Part shown: piece after piece, positions 11,953-25,900 of the stretch
Layout: every line of letters starts with the position of its first letter
Numbering within the stretch: the first letter of the stretch is position 1
DNA from: Eledone cirrhosa
Lineage: Eukaryota
DNA: 64,000 nt
NCBI GenBank assembly: GCA_964016885.1
Contig: OZ024742.1
Location: 184,450,001-184,514,000 of the forward strand
Direction of reading: 5' to 3'
Notes under the pieces: generated by a model
What the model saw: only the letters and a program-made list of their open reading frames with translations
Told to the model about the DNA's origin: nothing
Databases searched by the model: none
Translations under genes and position numbers: made by a program

Positions 11953-14900
11953 ACATCATCATCATGTCTGCTTTTCCATGCTTACATGGGTTGGATGGGT
12001 CCTTTTCAGCACAGGATCTCTCCATTTGTTGCGTTCCTTCATCATATCCTCTGCCTGTCTTACATGATTTGAGGTCTGCTACACAACCTTTGCCGATGTC
12101 TTTCTTGGCCGTCCTCTATTGCAGCATCCTTCCACTGGTATTTTTTCACCCATCGGTCATTGTCCATGCCCATCACATGCACATACCAATGCAGTCTTCT
12201 CTCATGCACACCATCTCGGATTCCCCTTAAATCCAGCTTCTCTCTCAGCTTATCCAAGCTCTGCCTTTCTCTCACATTGACATTGCACATCCAACAAAAC
12301 ATGGTTGCTTTATTTCTCTCTGGTCTACGCATGCCCTCTACAGTCACAGCACATGTTTCACTACCATGAAGCATCGCACACCACACACAGGCATCATACA
12401 GTTTTCGTTTTGTATATAGAGAGAAACCTTTACTTGTCAGAAGTGGGAGCAGTTCTCTAAACTTCTTGCATCCTATCCTTATTCTAGCTATTATACTCTC
12501 AGTGCACCCTCCTCTGCTGTTAATTAGGTCACCTAGATAGCAGATGTTATCAACCACGTCTATGGATCCTTCCTGTGACTGGAAAAGGCTTATATCATTA
12601 ACAGTCTTCCTCTCGATTTCTCTTGTGTATCTTCTACATGCAAAGTTATTTCTTCCTGTTAATCTACTCATTATCCCACTACATCTTTTGTGTACCCAAG
12701 ATTTACATTGTGTACAGTGTATGGAGTTTATGTCTACTCCTTTTCTGCATATTGAACATGGCCACTTCCTTGAGGGAATCTTGGTCCTATCTTCTCTCCT
12801 ACTCACTAAAACTTTAGTCTTGGCTAAATTTACTCTCAGACTTTTTTATTTCAAATTCAGTTTCCATTATCAGAATTTATTTTCTAGCTCTTTTTCGGTG
12901 TCAGCTATAAGGACCAAATCATCTGCATAGAAAAGTTTAGAAAAGTTCCCATGGGCAGCCATTTTAAACTCCTCTGTTATGGCCTGAAGAACTATGATGA
13001 ACAACAGAGGGTAAGAACTGAACCTTGATGAACTCCTACCTTGAATTTCTCACTAAACTCATTTCCTACTCTCACTTTACTGACAGCTCCTTTGCACATG
13101 GCTTGCACTGTTCTCACAAACTATTCTTCTACCCCTATTTTCCTTAAAGACCACCAGATAATAGATCAAGGTATCTATCAAAGGCTTTCTCTAGATCAAC
13201 AAAAACTAAATATAGTGGTTTATTTTTGGCAAGGAACTTCTCTGATAGTTGCCTCACTAAAAAGAGCGCATCTGTAGTACTTTCCCCAGGCATGAAACCA
13301 AACTGCATCTCATCTATTTTTACTCTTTCCCTAATTAGCTGCGTTATAACTCTTTCTGTCACTTTCATTAGTTTTATTCCTCTATAGTTGGTCCTTCCTA
13401 AAGCATCACCTTTGCCCTTGTAGCAATTTATGATTGTACTGCTGTGCCAGTCATTAGGTATGATTCCGTCATGTATTACTTGATTTACTATATGGGTTAC
13501 TTGTTTGACTCCTACGTCTCCCCATGCTTTTAACATCTCAGCAACTTTTTCTTGTTGGTCCTGCAGCATTACCATTTTTCATCTCCATGATTGCATCTTT
13601 GACCTATAACTGTTGACTTCAATAGCTGGTCCTTCCTTTGGGTAAGTTGGGCGTAGTTTCTCTTCCTCCCATTCATTCTCTACATTCATCAATCTCTTAT
13701 AGTAACATTCACTAGGCCTCTTTCTTTTGGGCATCAGTGGTGCTTAGTGTACCAGTGTCATTTCTAACACATTTTCCCCCAACAACATCTCAATCTCGAT
13801 CCACACTAACACACTGCCTTGCAATACAAAACTCTTCACGCCTCTGATCCTCATGTCTCATGGCATTGACAAATTTACTTTCTTCTGCCTCTCTCTGAGC
13901 TGTCGCCTAGCTTCTTTCTTAGCAACTTGGTACCGGTCTCTGCTACCCCCATTTTTCCAGTCTTTCCATGCCTTTAATGGCTGCATCTACTGTTCTGTTC
14001 CACCATCCGGTCACCCTCTGTCTGACTGCACTTTACTCCTCAGTAGTGTGCAAAAGGTTGTCACATAGGAATTTCCAGTTGTCCTCTATGTTATATGTTG
14101 CTAGTTTGTCACCTCTCTCATTTACTGCATCATATATTTAATTGAAAGGTTCTTTAGCTTCCACACCCTCCATCTCCATATTTTCCTGCGTTTCTTGTTC
14201 TGTCTTTTGTTTATTTGGATGTTACTAATAACTAACTTGTGCTGGGCAGTATATTCTTCCCCAGAGAAGGCCTTAGTATTTATTACAGTCCGTTTGTCTT
14301 GTCGTCTAACAAGTAAGTAATCAATTTAGCTTGTGTGTTCACCTGATTGATACGAAATCAGGTAGTTGGCTTGTTTCCTGAAATTTGTGTTGCAGATGGT
14401 TAGTTCATTTACATAACAGAATTCCAGGAGTCTCAACCTTTCTTCATTCCTTAAGCGATAACCATAGCTGCCATGAACTCCACTGAATCCATCCTGGGAG
14501 TGTCCCACATGTCTATTGAAGTCGCCTGCCAGGATGATGAGGTCTCTTTCATCAATACCTGAAGTTATCTGTAAAAGTTCCTAATAGAACCTGTTCTTTT
14601 ATTCTTTACCCAGTCCTACTTGCAGAGCATAGGTAGATGTGATTGTCACCAGTCTATTTCCTTCAGTTAATCTAAGCTTGATGATTCTGTCACTTACTCT
14701 AACTAACGCTATCACCTCATCTATTCATTTCTCAGCTAGTAGGATGCCTACACCTCCTACCCCATTGTCATTTCCTATCTAATAGAGTTTATATCTAAGT
14801 TGCTTTCCCATGATTAGTCTCACTGAGGCATGCCTTCATCTCACTTCTTGTACACAGCATACATCTACTCCTCTTCTCTCTAACAGTTCCACAATTTCAC

Positions 14901-15130
14901 CTGATCTGCTTTTCAGGGTACGAACATTGAGGGTGACAGTCCTGAGATTTGTACCCTGATAGTTGCCGTTATTTCTTTGGTTAGAGGTTCTATGTACCTG
15001 AAAAAGAATGTTGTTGTGTGATTGCTTGATGACAGTCGAAGGGTTCTCACATATGGCTACTCTAGCCACCCCACTGCTAGGTGCAGCATTAACATTACTT
15101 GTGTTAGCCATGTTAGATCATGCTTTTCAT
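11953..15130 (-). mobile_element. Near full-length decayed RTE LINE (APE + RT)
   Basis: APE motifs TLNVRTL..DVCCVQE and AGDFN-HVG. RT motifs NYRGIKLM, QFGFMPG, FVDLEKAFD and YADD. Ends in a (GAT)n tail and is frameshifted. Confidence 0.92.
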
Positions 15131-17151
15131 AATTTTGGCTGGGTTTTACTGGTTGGATGCCATTCCTATCACCAACCACTTTACAGCGTAGGTTAGGTGC
15201 ATTGTTCATGCCACCAGCACTAGAGATGTTGTCTTACCAGACTTAAGAGTCCTCTCCACCCTGTATCAGTTTTTATTTTCAACATACCATGCCTTTTATA
15301 TATTTTTAATATCAAATTAATTTTTATATCACTCATCACTATACTAACACCACTCTATCCTACATTACTCCTAACCCTTTCTCCCACAGATTACCCTTTT
15401 AAATCTCAACACACATGTAATACATCCATGTCATCCTTCTTACAACTCTTCAATTCTGACTCCCTAAAGAAGTTTGCTTTGAAACAAGGCCCCCTCCCCA
15501 TAGGATAGAGAGAACTCTTCAGTCAAGGGCTGGTGCCACAATTAAATACACCCAGTATATTCTGTAAGCTGATTGGCATTTAGAAAGGGTGTTCAGCTGT
15601 AGAAACCATGCTAAATGGGTTGAGAAGACTCTTCTGTCACATCAATAACACAACAATCTCAATAGTGCTGGAAACAATTAAATGCACCTAGTACATTCTG
15701 TAAATTTGTTGGCTATGGAAACCTTGTCGAGCAAAGGGAAGTTGAAAAGACACTTTAGGTGCTAAGATAAAAGGCACTCCACACACATGTTGGGACTAAT
15801 AAATAGGTTGACAGAATCTGTTTGGAAGCCTGTTGGATAGACTGCATCTGTAATTCAAAGGGCCATCCATGTCACACACAGTGTCATGCTGATTCTCCCT
15901 GAGAATTACACTCTGATTCTCCCTGAATACATGTGTTTGTGGAGTGCTCAGCCACTTGCATCTAAATTTCACAAGCAGGCTGTTTCATTGATCAAACAAA
16001 TAGAATACTCATTGCCTTACACATTCAACATTGTGCTGCTTTCTTTTGATTTCTTAATTTTTTCCCATTGAGATTTGTGGAAATTCAGATTGAGTTAAAT
16101 CGGTGCTTGTTGAGATCCTGAGACACATGTTCTTGTGTCAATGTTCTGATCAGAAGAGATTGTACCAATCATCATCATCATCAGTTTATATTCGCTTTCC
16201 ACACAGGTATGGGTTGGACATGTTATTATGTTCCATATTTTGGAATGGTTTCTATGACCTTTCTAATGCAAGCCATTTTGAAGAGTGTATTGGATACATT
16301 TCATCATGGCACTAGCACTACCACTCTACAGAGTGTACTGGGTGCACTTTATTGTGGCACTAGCAATACCACTTTATAGAGTACATTGGATGCATTTTAT
16401 CATGTCACCAACACTAGAGATGTTAATTATTTGGCATGACTGAAGAGACCACTCTACTTTGTATTGTTTTCATTTGGTTGCCAACTACTTTGCAGAGTGT
16501 ACAGGGAGCATTTTACTATGGTACCAACACTAGAGTGATCATCATGTACTTGACAAGACAGAAGATTCCTCTCTACCCTTTATGTGTGTATTTGTGAAAG
16601 TGTTGTTGTTGTTCTGTGATCAAAATACATTCCAACAATGACCATCTCATCCCAACAGAGTGTGTGTGTGTATATATATATATATATGAGTGTGATTTAG
16701 CTGCTATTACTAGCTGATCTGGCGGGAGGCAGAGGACATGTTTATACCAGCACATACGACAGATGGCTAATAAAAACACATCCAAAATACACATCTGTAT
16801 GAGCAAGACGTGGTCTCTGGACCTCACTTGTTTTATAAGATGACCCATCTAACCCATGCAAGTGCAGAAAATGGACGTTAAATGATGATGATGATGATGA
16901 CAAAGCATTTAACAATTATAACTCCATTAAAAAATATATAATTACAGAAATTACTTCCTCTGTATAAGAAATCCACCCATCTTATTACCTTCCTTGTATT
17001 CGACAACGTCCAAAGATGTGAGTTCATGTCCCACATACGTCAATACTCATCCTTTTTTCCATTCAGAGGGTTTTTTTTTTTTAAAATCCCAACTAACTAA
17101 CTGACTAATTCTATTTAGTCAAATATGGCGTAAGCACATGTTACTACCTAA

Positions 17152-17236
<85 letters not shown>

Positions 17237-17254
17237 AAAACAAAAAAACTACTC

Positions 17255-17493
17255 ACAGTCCATGCTGTAATGTGGCCGTGTAGGTAATACGGTAAAAAGT
17301 TCCCAGTTCCACACTGTAAATGTGGTTGGTGTTAGGAAGGGCATCCAGCTGTAGAAATCCTGCCAGATAGTCCTATACGAGCGAGACACGGTCACCCGAC
17401 CAACCTTGCCTCAAGTGGGACAACTCCCGTCTAACCCATGCTAGCGTGGAAGATGGACGTTAAACGAAGATGATGATGATGATGATGATGATG
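17255..17493 (+). mobile_element. SINE or RTE-tail repeat with (GAT)n tail
   Basis: Same family as 5563-5790 in reverse. Ends ggacgttaaacgaa(gat)n. Confidence 0.75.
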
Positions 17494-17899
17494 AATCTTT
17501 CAGAAGGTGTTACGTAGCTGTAATTAATTCGAGTTTAGATATTTTTATCCTTTAGTGATATTCATTCAAAGTAGGGTTCTATTCATTTTATTAAACAGGC
17601 AGATTGGTCTCAAATGCAAGCAGGGTTTCTTTGAAAGCTTGGCACTAATTCTAAATTTATTTATTGTCTTCAAAGAGATAAATACCAATATATTTGATAA
17701 ATTTAGATTTGACTTTGTCAATACATATTGCTACAAGCATTATAAAAAATCTTGTTATGATTTAACATGCTTTAGATAAAATGTTTAAATCTACTTAAAA
17801 GAATCTTTTTTGCTTAAGTAGTTTTATTGGTGTAATCATGTTCCTAGAGATGAAGGAGGTGAAACATTCCTTTCCTAAAATTATTTCATTACTGTAATA

Positions 17900-18100
17900 A
17901 TTGTTTCTATTTTAGGCACAAGGCCAGCAATTACACAGTACATTATTGGTACTTTATTTTATCGACCCCGTAATGATGAAAGGCAAAGTTAACCTCGGCG
18001 GGATTTGAACTCAGATCATAAAGGGATGTAACTCTATGCTTCAAAGCATGGTGTCCGACTCTCTACCGATACTGCCAATCCACCACCCTTGTAATAATAA
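17900..18100 (-). mobile_element. tRNA-derived SINE (octopus-type core)
   Basis: Reverse reads tgagttcaaatcccgccgaggttaactttgcctttcatc..ggggtcgataaaataaagtacc. Copies occur near 36705, 44039, 51160 and 63880. Confidence 0.75.
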
Positions 18101-18407
18101 TCACATAATAATAACTTTTGGACCATTGTTAGTTCCACCAATATCTACTATCAACTACGTCTATTACAATCAACTTCTAGATCTTTAATAACTCAGACAA
18201 ACATATTATTAGGAAGAACAGTAGATTGGCAGAATCGTTATAGTGCTAGACAAAATGCTTTGTGGTATTTGTTTATAACTCTTTATGGTTCTGAGTTCAA
18301 ATCCTACAGAGGTCAATGAAATAAACCACCAGCAAATTACTGGGGTTGATTTAATCACCTGATCCTTCCTCCTCATAAATACCAACCTTTTGCTTAAATC
18401 TAAAACC

Positions 18408-21000
18408 ATCATCATCATCATCACCATTTAACATCCATTTTTCCACACAAGCATGGGTTAGATGAATTGTCCCGTTGTGGGACAAGCCAGATCAGCTGAC
18501 CATGTCTTGCTCATACAGAACTGTTTCTAGCTTGGTTTCTATGGCTCAATGCCTTTTCTAACACCAACCCCATTTACTGTGTGCTCTGGGTGCTTTTTAT
18601 TGTGGTACCAATATGCTTTTTGTCATGACACCAACATGACCACGTTACAGACCCCCCAAAAAACACTTTACAGTGTGGACTGAACACTTTTTGTCATGAC
18701 ACCAACATGACCACTTTACAGTATGGACTGGGCGCTTTTTGTTGTGGCACGAACAACACCACTTTATAGTATGGACTGGGGACTTTTTTCATAAGTTCTA
18801 GGTGCTCTTCTTTCATGGCACCAGCATGAGCACCTTACATGGTAGACTAGGGCTTTTGTGTCACCAGCATGACCACCTTATAGGATGGAGTGAGAGCTTT
18901 TAGCCATTTCAGCAGCATTGTGGGAGAGTATGTTCATCCTTCCATGCTTATATACACGGGTTGGTCAAGGGAGGTATCTCAGATGTGGAAAGTGGGAATG
19001 TATGTAGGGTGGGGATTGGAGAGGTATGTCTAGGGGGGGGGGGGGTACTTAGCTGGTGAAGGGTGGAATGTTAAGACGTGGGCAGTATATGGGAGAGGGA
19101 AGGGAGAAATGGTGCATACTAGAGACCAGCAGATGTTGCTTCATCTCATGCACATGGGAAGGTGGGTCTTCTACAGTACTGCATAACACCAGAAATCATG
19201 ATGCCATGTCATCACCTTTCAGAGATGCAATCGTGTGAGATCAGCTTTTATCATCTCATCCAAAGCTTTCCTAGGTCTTCCTCTTCCATAGCTTCCATCA
19301 ACTTTGAGTGCCCGGCACCTTTTTATACAACTGTCATCCTTCATATGTCTCATATATCCATACCACTGAAATCTCCTCTCCTGCACACTACATCTGATCC
19401 CTTTTATGCCCAGTTTCTCTCTTAGTTCATATATATTACTATTACACATCCATCGGAGCATGCAAGCTTCATTTCTTTCCAATCTTTGTTGGTCTTTTGC
19501 ACACAATGCCCAGGTTTCACTACCATGCAGCATTGCTGTTCATATACATGCATCAGACAATCTGCCCTTCATTTTGAGGGGAAAAACCTTTTGCAACAGT
19601 AGTAGCTCCCTGAACTTTCTTCATCTGTTCTCACTCTGGCTACTATACTTTCAGAACACCCACCTCTACTGCTAATTTTGTCATCCAGGTAACAGAATCT
19701 GTCAATTGCTTCTACAGAACCCTCCAAGAATTTGACAGAGCTTGTTTCCTGTGAGCACTTGCTGCTTACTGCTACTGTTCATTGACCACATGTAAAACCT
19801 ACAGTCTCTGCTAGCCTACCTGAGATCTCGCTACATCTCTTCTATATCTATAGTTTACATTTGGGACAGAGGATAGAATTTCTACCCACCCCTTTCCTAC
19901 ACACCGTGCAGGACCATTTCCCTGAAAATATCAGGGCCTTGTTCTCCTTTATACTTACTTGAATTTAAGACCTTTTGATTCCAAGTTACCCAGGTGAAGA
20001 ATTTTTTATCTAGTTCTGCCATAGATTCAGCTATGAGAGTTAGATCATCAGCATACAAGAGTTCCCAAGAGCAACATGTTTTAAACACTTCTGTTATAGC
20101 CTGGAGGATGATAATAAACAGGAGAGGGCTTAGGACGAAGCTCTGGTGGACCCCAACTCACTGTTATTAATTTTAACCTTGGTGACTGCACCTCTGTACA
20201 TAGCTTGTACTGACCTCACAAGTCACTCATCTACCCCTAGTTTCCTAAGTGCTGATCAGATTACAGAATGGGGGTCCCTGTCAAAAGCTTTCTCCAGGTC
20301 AACAAATACTAAGTAGAGGGGTTTACTTTTAGCTAGGTACTTCTGCAGTTTCCTCACAAGGATGAGGGCATCCATGGTACTTTTACCTGGTACAAATCCA
20401 AACTGCATCTCATCTAGGTTAATTCAATTCCTAATCAGTTGTACAATGACTCTTTCTGTAACTTCCATGACCTGGTCTATAAGTTTGATGCCTCGGTAGT
20501 TTCCTCTGTCTAGTGCATCACCTTTGCCTTTGTAGCAGATGATGCTGCTGCTATGCCAGTCATTGGGTATAGCACCATTTTGTACTACTTGGTTTACAAT
20601 ATGGGTGGTTATGGTGTGACCTACCATCCCAGCTACTTTCAGCATCTCAGCAAATATTCCCGATGGCCCAGTTTCTTTGCCTGTCTTCATATCTTTAATT
20701 GCCTTACTTACTATGCTGCTGCTGACTTGTACAGCTGGTTTTCCATTGGATCCACTTATGGCAGGTTATCTTCTTCCCACCCATTCTCCTCAATTATTAG
20801 TCTCTCATAATGACACTTCCATGATGCCTTCTTTTCGGCATCAGTGAGTGCAAGTGCACCATTGTCATCTGGGACACACTTCTCCCCAACAACATCACAA
20901 TTTTCCCTGATTCACTGCCTCATAATCCTAAACACCCCATGTCTTTGGACCTCATGTTGCATGATATGCATAAACTTTTTTATTTTCAGCTTCCCTCCTT
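18408..21000 (-). mobile_element. 5'-truncated decayed RTE LINE with long repetitive 3' UTR
   Basis: Contains NYRGIKLID, WELLYADDLTL and MLHGSETWALC, with a (GAT)n tail at 18408. Confidence 0.9.
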
Positions 21001-21065
21001 AAGGGTCGGCTGTGATGCTAAACCTGGCTACATATTCAGTTGATCCTTTAAAAACAGAAAGGGTT

Positions 21066-23321
21066 TTTAGCAGCATAGAGTATAAATGTTATTGAGACAC
21101 GAGTAACATAATAATGATGTCAACAGCCGAAATTAGAGATGAAATGTATGCTTATTTTTGTTGTAGCACAAATAATGTTTGTTAACTTGTATGGTTGAAG
21201 TTATACATAAAATGAGGTTACAAAAGGGAATGTGCCATTGTACCAGGCCCAAGGAAAGCCGGCAGGCCAAAATGCAAAATCTCACCGTCACATGTTGTAC
21301 GTGTTGCTGGTTCGAAGTTCAGGGTGCGAGAGAGAGATTCTTCAAATCTTCGCAGGGAATTTCTCCCTCAGGGCGCGTAGGGATACATCCTCTTCTACTG
21401 GCGCTGATTGGCTGAGCTGAGCCAAATCACGCACAGAGAATGTATGTGAGCCCGCGGAATGTAGGTCACTACAATACTCCCCCTCTAGACGTAAGACGAT
21501 ACAGATTATTGAATCAGCAGGAAAAAATGCTGAAAGAGCACATCAGTGAAAAAATAATTGAGCAGAAGGATGCATGCAAGAAAAAAAATGAGGCGCTAAG
21601 GGCCGTGTTGAGCCGCTGTGTCAAATGACTAGCTGTTTTGTAGTTTATACGTGACCACCAAAGGTCTAACAGAAAACGGATAAAGTCTGACATGGGCGAA
21701 GTTGCTGTTCTTGCATTAAATGTTAATGGTAAGTGTTGTACCAGTAGCTGTGGATGAAGCTATTATGGTAGTTTACCAGTGCTGGCAAGAAGATGATGGG
21801 TAGGCGAGAAAATGTCGGCCTCCCAGATGTATTGCCGAAAGTGCTAGGGAGCCAGGAAAAAATGGCTGGTTCTTTTGAAAAGAAAAAAAGCAAGTTGAAT
21901 CTGTAGGTGGGTAGTAGTTGCAGTATAAATTCCATAATTCCGGCGAATCCACAGAAGTGGTGGAAATGCTGACAAGTCCAGTTCTATTTGTTGTTTTCCC
22001 AGTGAGTCGGGTAAGGTAACAAGATGGAGGTTGTTATGGACGATGAGTGTGCAACGAGATGCAAAACTGCTTGAGTTCAGCTGCAATTAGCATTCTCGTG
22101 TTGCGGTGCCTGTTTGAATCCAGGTGAATTAAGCTCTATGAGTCGCTAGCATGTGACGGCACCTCAACCAGGTGAAAAGGGATCTCGCAGAATATTACGT
22201 TTGAAGAACATATACTAAGAACAACAACATGTTGGTGGGTGACAAAGAAATGTGTGCATCTGCAGGCATGTAATACAGCAAAGAAAATGTGTGGGTGCAG
22301 TCATATATACAATGATAAAGAAAATGATGCAGTCATATATACAATGATAGAAAAAAATAAATTTCCATATAATACAGTTTAAAAAAAATAAATATCCAAA
22401 ATAAATGCCTGAAAAAAAAAAGGAAGAAAGAAAGAATTGTTTCTTTTCTTTTAACAAAAAGTTCGCTTTTCTTTTCTTTGAAATTTCTTTGGGATCGCTC
22501 TTACTAGGGAGCTAGTAGAGTTGTTGTTGTTAAAGCAAAGTCACAATGAATCTTCTGTAGAATCGAAGTCGAGCGTTGAAGAGCCTAGAGTCACCAATAT
22601 GGCAGTCACGTCTGACGCCATAGTGGTGACAAGACTGATGTCTTAATTTCTCGAGTCCCTGTGGTAACGAGACAGAAGGTATGGTGGTTGCGTCGGTAAA
22701 GTTACAAGCTGCCACATCGCCATTCCCTGGTGTGGCTTAGTAGTTAGCCATGTGTTGCTGCTGATGGCTGGTAGTAGAGAGGTACTTGGTGGTAGCCGTT
22801 TTGAAATTTCCACGTGGCGTAAATTTCTTTTTTTTATTTATACATACACTGCCAATTTTAATTTTATTTCAAAAGGAATATTTTGAACTGAAAATATTCA
22901 TCACGTCGGGGTCACCACTTTTAGCAGCATAGTATATTGTTATTGAGACACGAGTAACATAATAATGATGTCAACAGCCGAAATTAGAGATGAAATGTAT
23001 GTTTATTTTTGTTGTAGCACAAATAATGTTTGTTAACTTGTATGGTTGAAGTTACACATAAAATGAGGTTACAAAAGGGAATGTGCCATTGTGCTAGGCC
23101 CAAGGAAAGCTGGCAGGCCAAAGTGCAAAATCTCACCGTAACATGTACGTGTTGCTGGTTCGAAGTTCAGGGTGCGAGAGAGAGATTCTTCAAATCTTCG
23201 CAGGGAATTTCTCCCTCAGGGCGCGTAGGGATACATCCTCTTCTACTGGCGCTGATTGGCTGAGCTGAGCCAAATCACGCACAGAGAATGTATGTGAGCC
23301 CGCGGAATGTAGGTCACTACA
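21066..23321 (-). mobile_element. Complete non-autonomous LTR retroelement
   Basis: Direct repeats of about 405 bp at 21066-21473 and 22920-23321, with TSD ggtt/ggtt. PBS at 22900-22917 and polypurine tract at 21475-21487. No recognisable gag or pol ORF inside. Confidence 0.92.
22900..22917 (-). promoter_or_regulatory. tRNA-Trp primer-binding site
   Basis: TGGTGACCCCGACGTGAT lies 2 nt inside the 5' LTR and is the canonical 18-nt tRNA-Trp PBS. Confidence 0.9.
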
Positions 23322-25274
23322 GGTTCCTTCAACAGGTTTCCAAACAGTTTTTAACTACCAAGTATCATTCACAAGGTTTTTGGTGGGTCTGAGGTTATAG
23401 TATTTGCCCAACAGCCCACAGTCTCTCTCTGATAAAATAACAGTGACTTGGCAGAATTGCCAAAAGGCCAGGGGGAATACTTTGTGGTATCTAGCTGTGT
23501 GTGTTCTGAGTTCAAATATTGCTTCCTTCTGTCAGGATTTGTGTTTGATAGATAGTATTAGCAATGGAAAGATCAGTGAAAACAGTTTCTTATATTTTAA
23601 CAGATGTGGCATAGCATCTCATCTGATACTCTAACAATTCTGCTTATCCACTTCCAGGTTTAGCATAGGTACACTGTATCCTTGCATGTTATAGGAGGTA
23701 ACCAGGAAGGGTATCTGACCATAAAATATTGCCAGAAAAAAAGGACCCCCGCCTCCCTGTGATGAGTATAATTAAGCTTATCTTGGGGTTGGGGCCTGCA
23801 ATGTTGACCTCTGCTTTAGCAGGGAAAAATGACCTTAAAACACAACAACAACACTACTGTTACTACCACCACTCTACCACCAACACTATTACTATACCAT
23901 GATTACTACTACTAGCTCACTTCCATCATCATACCACCACCACCGCCTTGTGTATTCAATCATACAAAGCTAATAATTATATCATAAAATCAAATTTTAA
24001 GGGATAGGCTACATAGCTGGTCTTGGAAAAATAAACAAACATGTTATTTAAGCTCATTTTTCCGGTAAACCCTAAAAGGACACAACTCTAGCCAGGGGTC
24101 CCGGAAGCTTATTTTACCTCTAAATAATAAATAGTGTTTTAGAACCCAGGTAGTGACCACTAATTTTAACCCAGGTCGTGACTTTCTACTAAAATTCCTA
24201 ATTTTGAAAATATTTGACTCTGCTAAAGTTCTTAAGTCATGGAACTCAATAGATGTGTGCATATGTAACTAAAGCGTAACATAAATTATGAGTGGACGAA
24301 ACACAAGCAGAATTATAATTAGATGATGATTCAATGATTTTAACTTGTTTTTTAACAATTGATTGCGGAAAAGATTGTCTTAACAATTGTCTTAACTCAG
24401 ACCTCAACTTATAGTGTCTGACATTCTTACCGGCTAAATCATCATTATCATCCGGCAGCCTCATCTGAAATCGACTCAACAATTGATATCCACGTGGGTC
24501 CGTCGTTCATTGCCGTTGCCAAGTCCTGGATTTCAATATCAGAATCTCTGGAGATGGCATCGGGATAGGAGAGCTTGTGCCCCCTGTTATTAGTGACGGC
24601 TTGTGGTTTCCAAAGCACTAATGGGGACACAACCTCAGAGGTGGCATGATAGCAGTGGCCAACAAATCTTACTCTCCTTTTACGTACAATGACAAATACA
24701 TGGGAGGCTGGCATATATTTCTCTCAAAGTCAGATCTCGCCAAATTATGTTCTGAATGCATCGAAGTAGGCGAATGTAGGTGCCATCAAAGTGCTTTTGT
24801 TGTTTCACTTACATTATAGTAAGATTGGTTAAATTGTTACTTGGAAGAGTCTGATTTTGGTGAGGTTGGAAAGATTTCAGCGCCAAACTCAATCCATCTT
24901 GTTGTAAGCTGACCATGCTTGGGCCTTTCTGGTGGCAAAATCCTTCCCAGAGTCCATGATCCAGGACCCAAGATACTTAAAATCCTCGACTTGTTTAATA
25001 TCACTGCCATTGATTGCTTTGATGTTGTCTGTATAGTTTGATATGTATTCTGTTTTACCCTCGTTGAGATGTAGGCCAACAAGGGCGGCTGCTTCCTAGA
25101 GAGATGTCAAAATTTGTTGTGCATTTTCTAGGCAATCTGCAAGAAGCGCAATGTCATCTGCAAAGTCAAGGTCAATGAGATGTTTAGAGAGATGCCTAGA
25201 GCTCATGCGGGGTTTGATGGTTATACCTTTGTTATTGATTTTGTCAACTGAGAGTCTCATAGCATAGTCTAGAG

Positions 25275-25900
25275 CAGTGGTCGCCAACCTTTCTAAAACC
25301 GAGGAACCCTCTAAATATTTTGAATTCTTCACGGAACCTATGAGTCATGGAACCTATGAGTCATGGTATACATGTGTGTATGTGTATGGAGGGGGAACAT
25401 TAGGTGTAGTGTTGGCAGATCTCGGGAAGCATGGAGGCCTTAAAGGATGCAATGTCTCGACAGCTAACAACTGATGCAGGCAGTTTGTTCCATGCTTCAG
25501 CAACTCTGAGCGTGAAAAAATGTTTCCGAAAGTCATGGGAACTGTGCTGTTTTCTGACTTTGTGGGCATGCCCACGTGTGTTAGACACATGGAAATCAAA
25601 AAATTGATGTGAATTGATATGAAATTGAAAGTATTCAATTTCCACGAATCTCAGAACAGTGTTTTTCTGCTAATTCAAGTGAGAAACTGAAAGTAGTGTT
25701 TTCCACGAATTGGAGTGGAGAACCTGTGTACACTACAATAGTACTCGTTCATTTATACATTGCACCTTTGTCATTTTCTTTGCACCTTTTTCAGAAAACC
25801 CAAAATATTAATGGTAATGTAAATATTTATTTTTTTAAGGAACCCGGAGTTTGTTTTACGGAACCCAAAGGTTCCGCGGAACCCATGTTGGCGACCACTG
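25275..25900 (-). mobile_element. hAT-type MITE with nested CR1-like fragment
   Basis: 14 bp TIR cagtggtcgccaac with an 8 bp TSD, gtctagag/gtttagag. Confidence 0.9.
25355..25597 (-). mobile_element. CR1/L2-like LINE 3' fragment
   Basis: TRGHAHKVRKQHSSHDFRKHFFTLRVAEAWNKLP. Homolog of 35870-36110. Confidence 0.8.

Noticed and set aside
16985-17065. Possible minus-strand host exon ending at a GT donor
   Set aside because: Upstream frames contain stops, the protein is not recognisable, and no partner exons were found.
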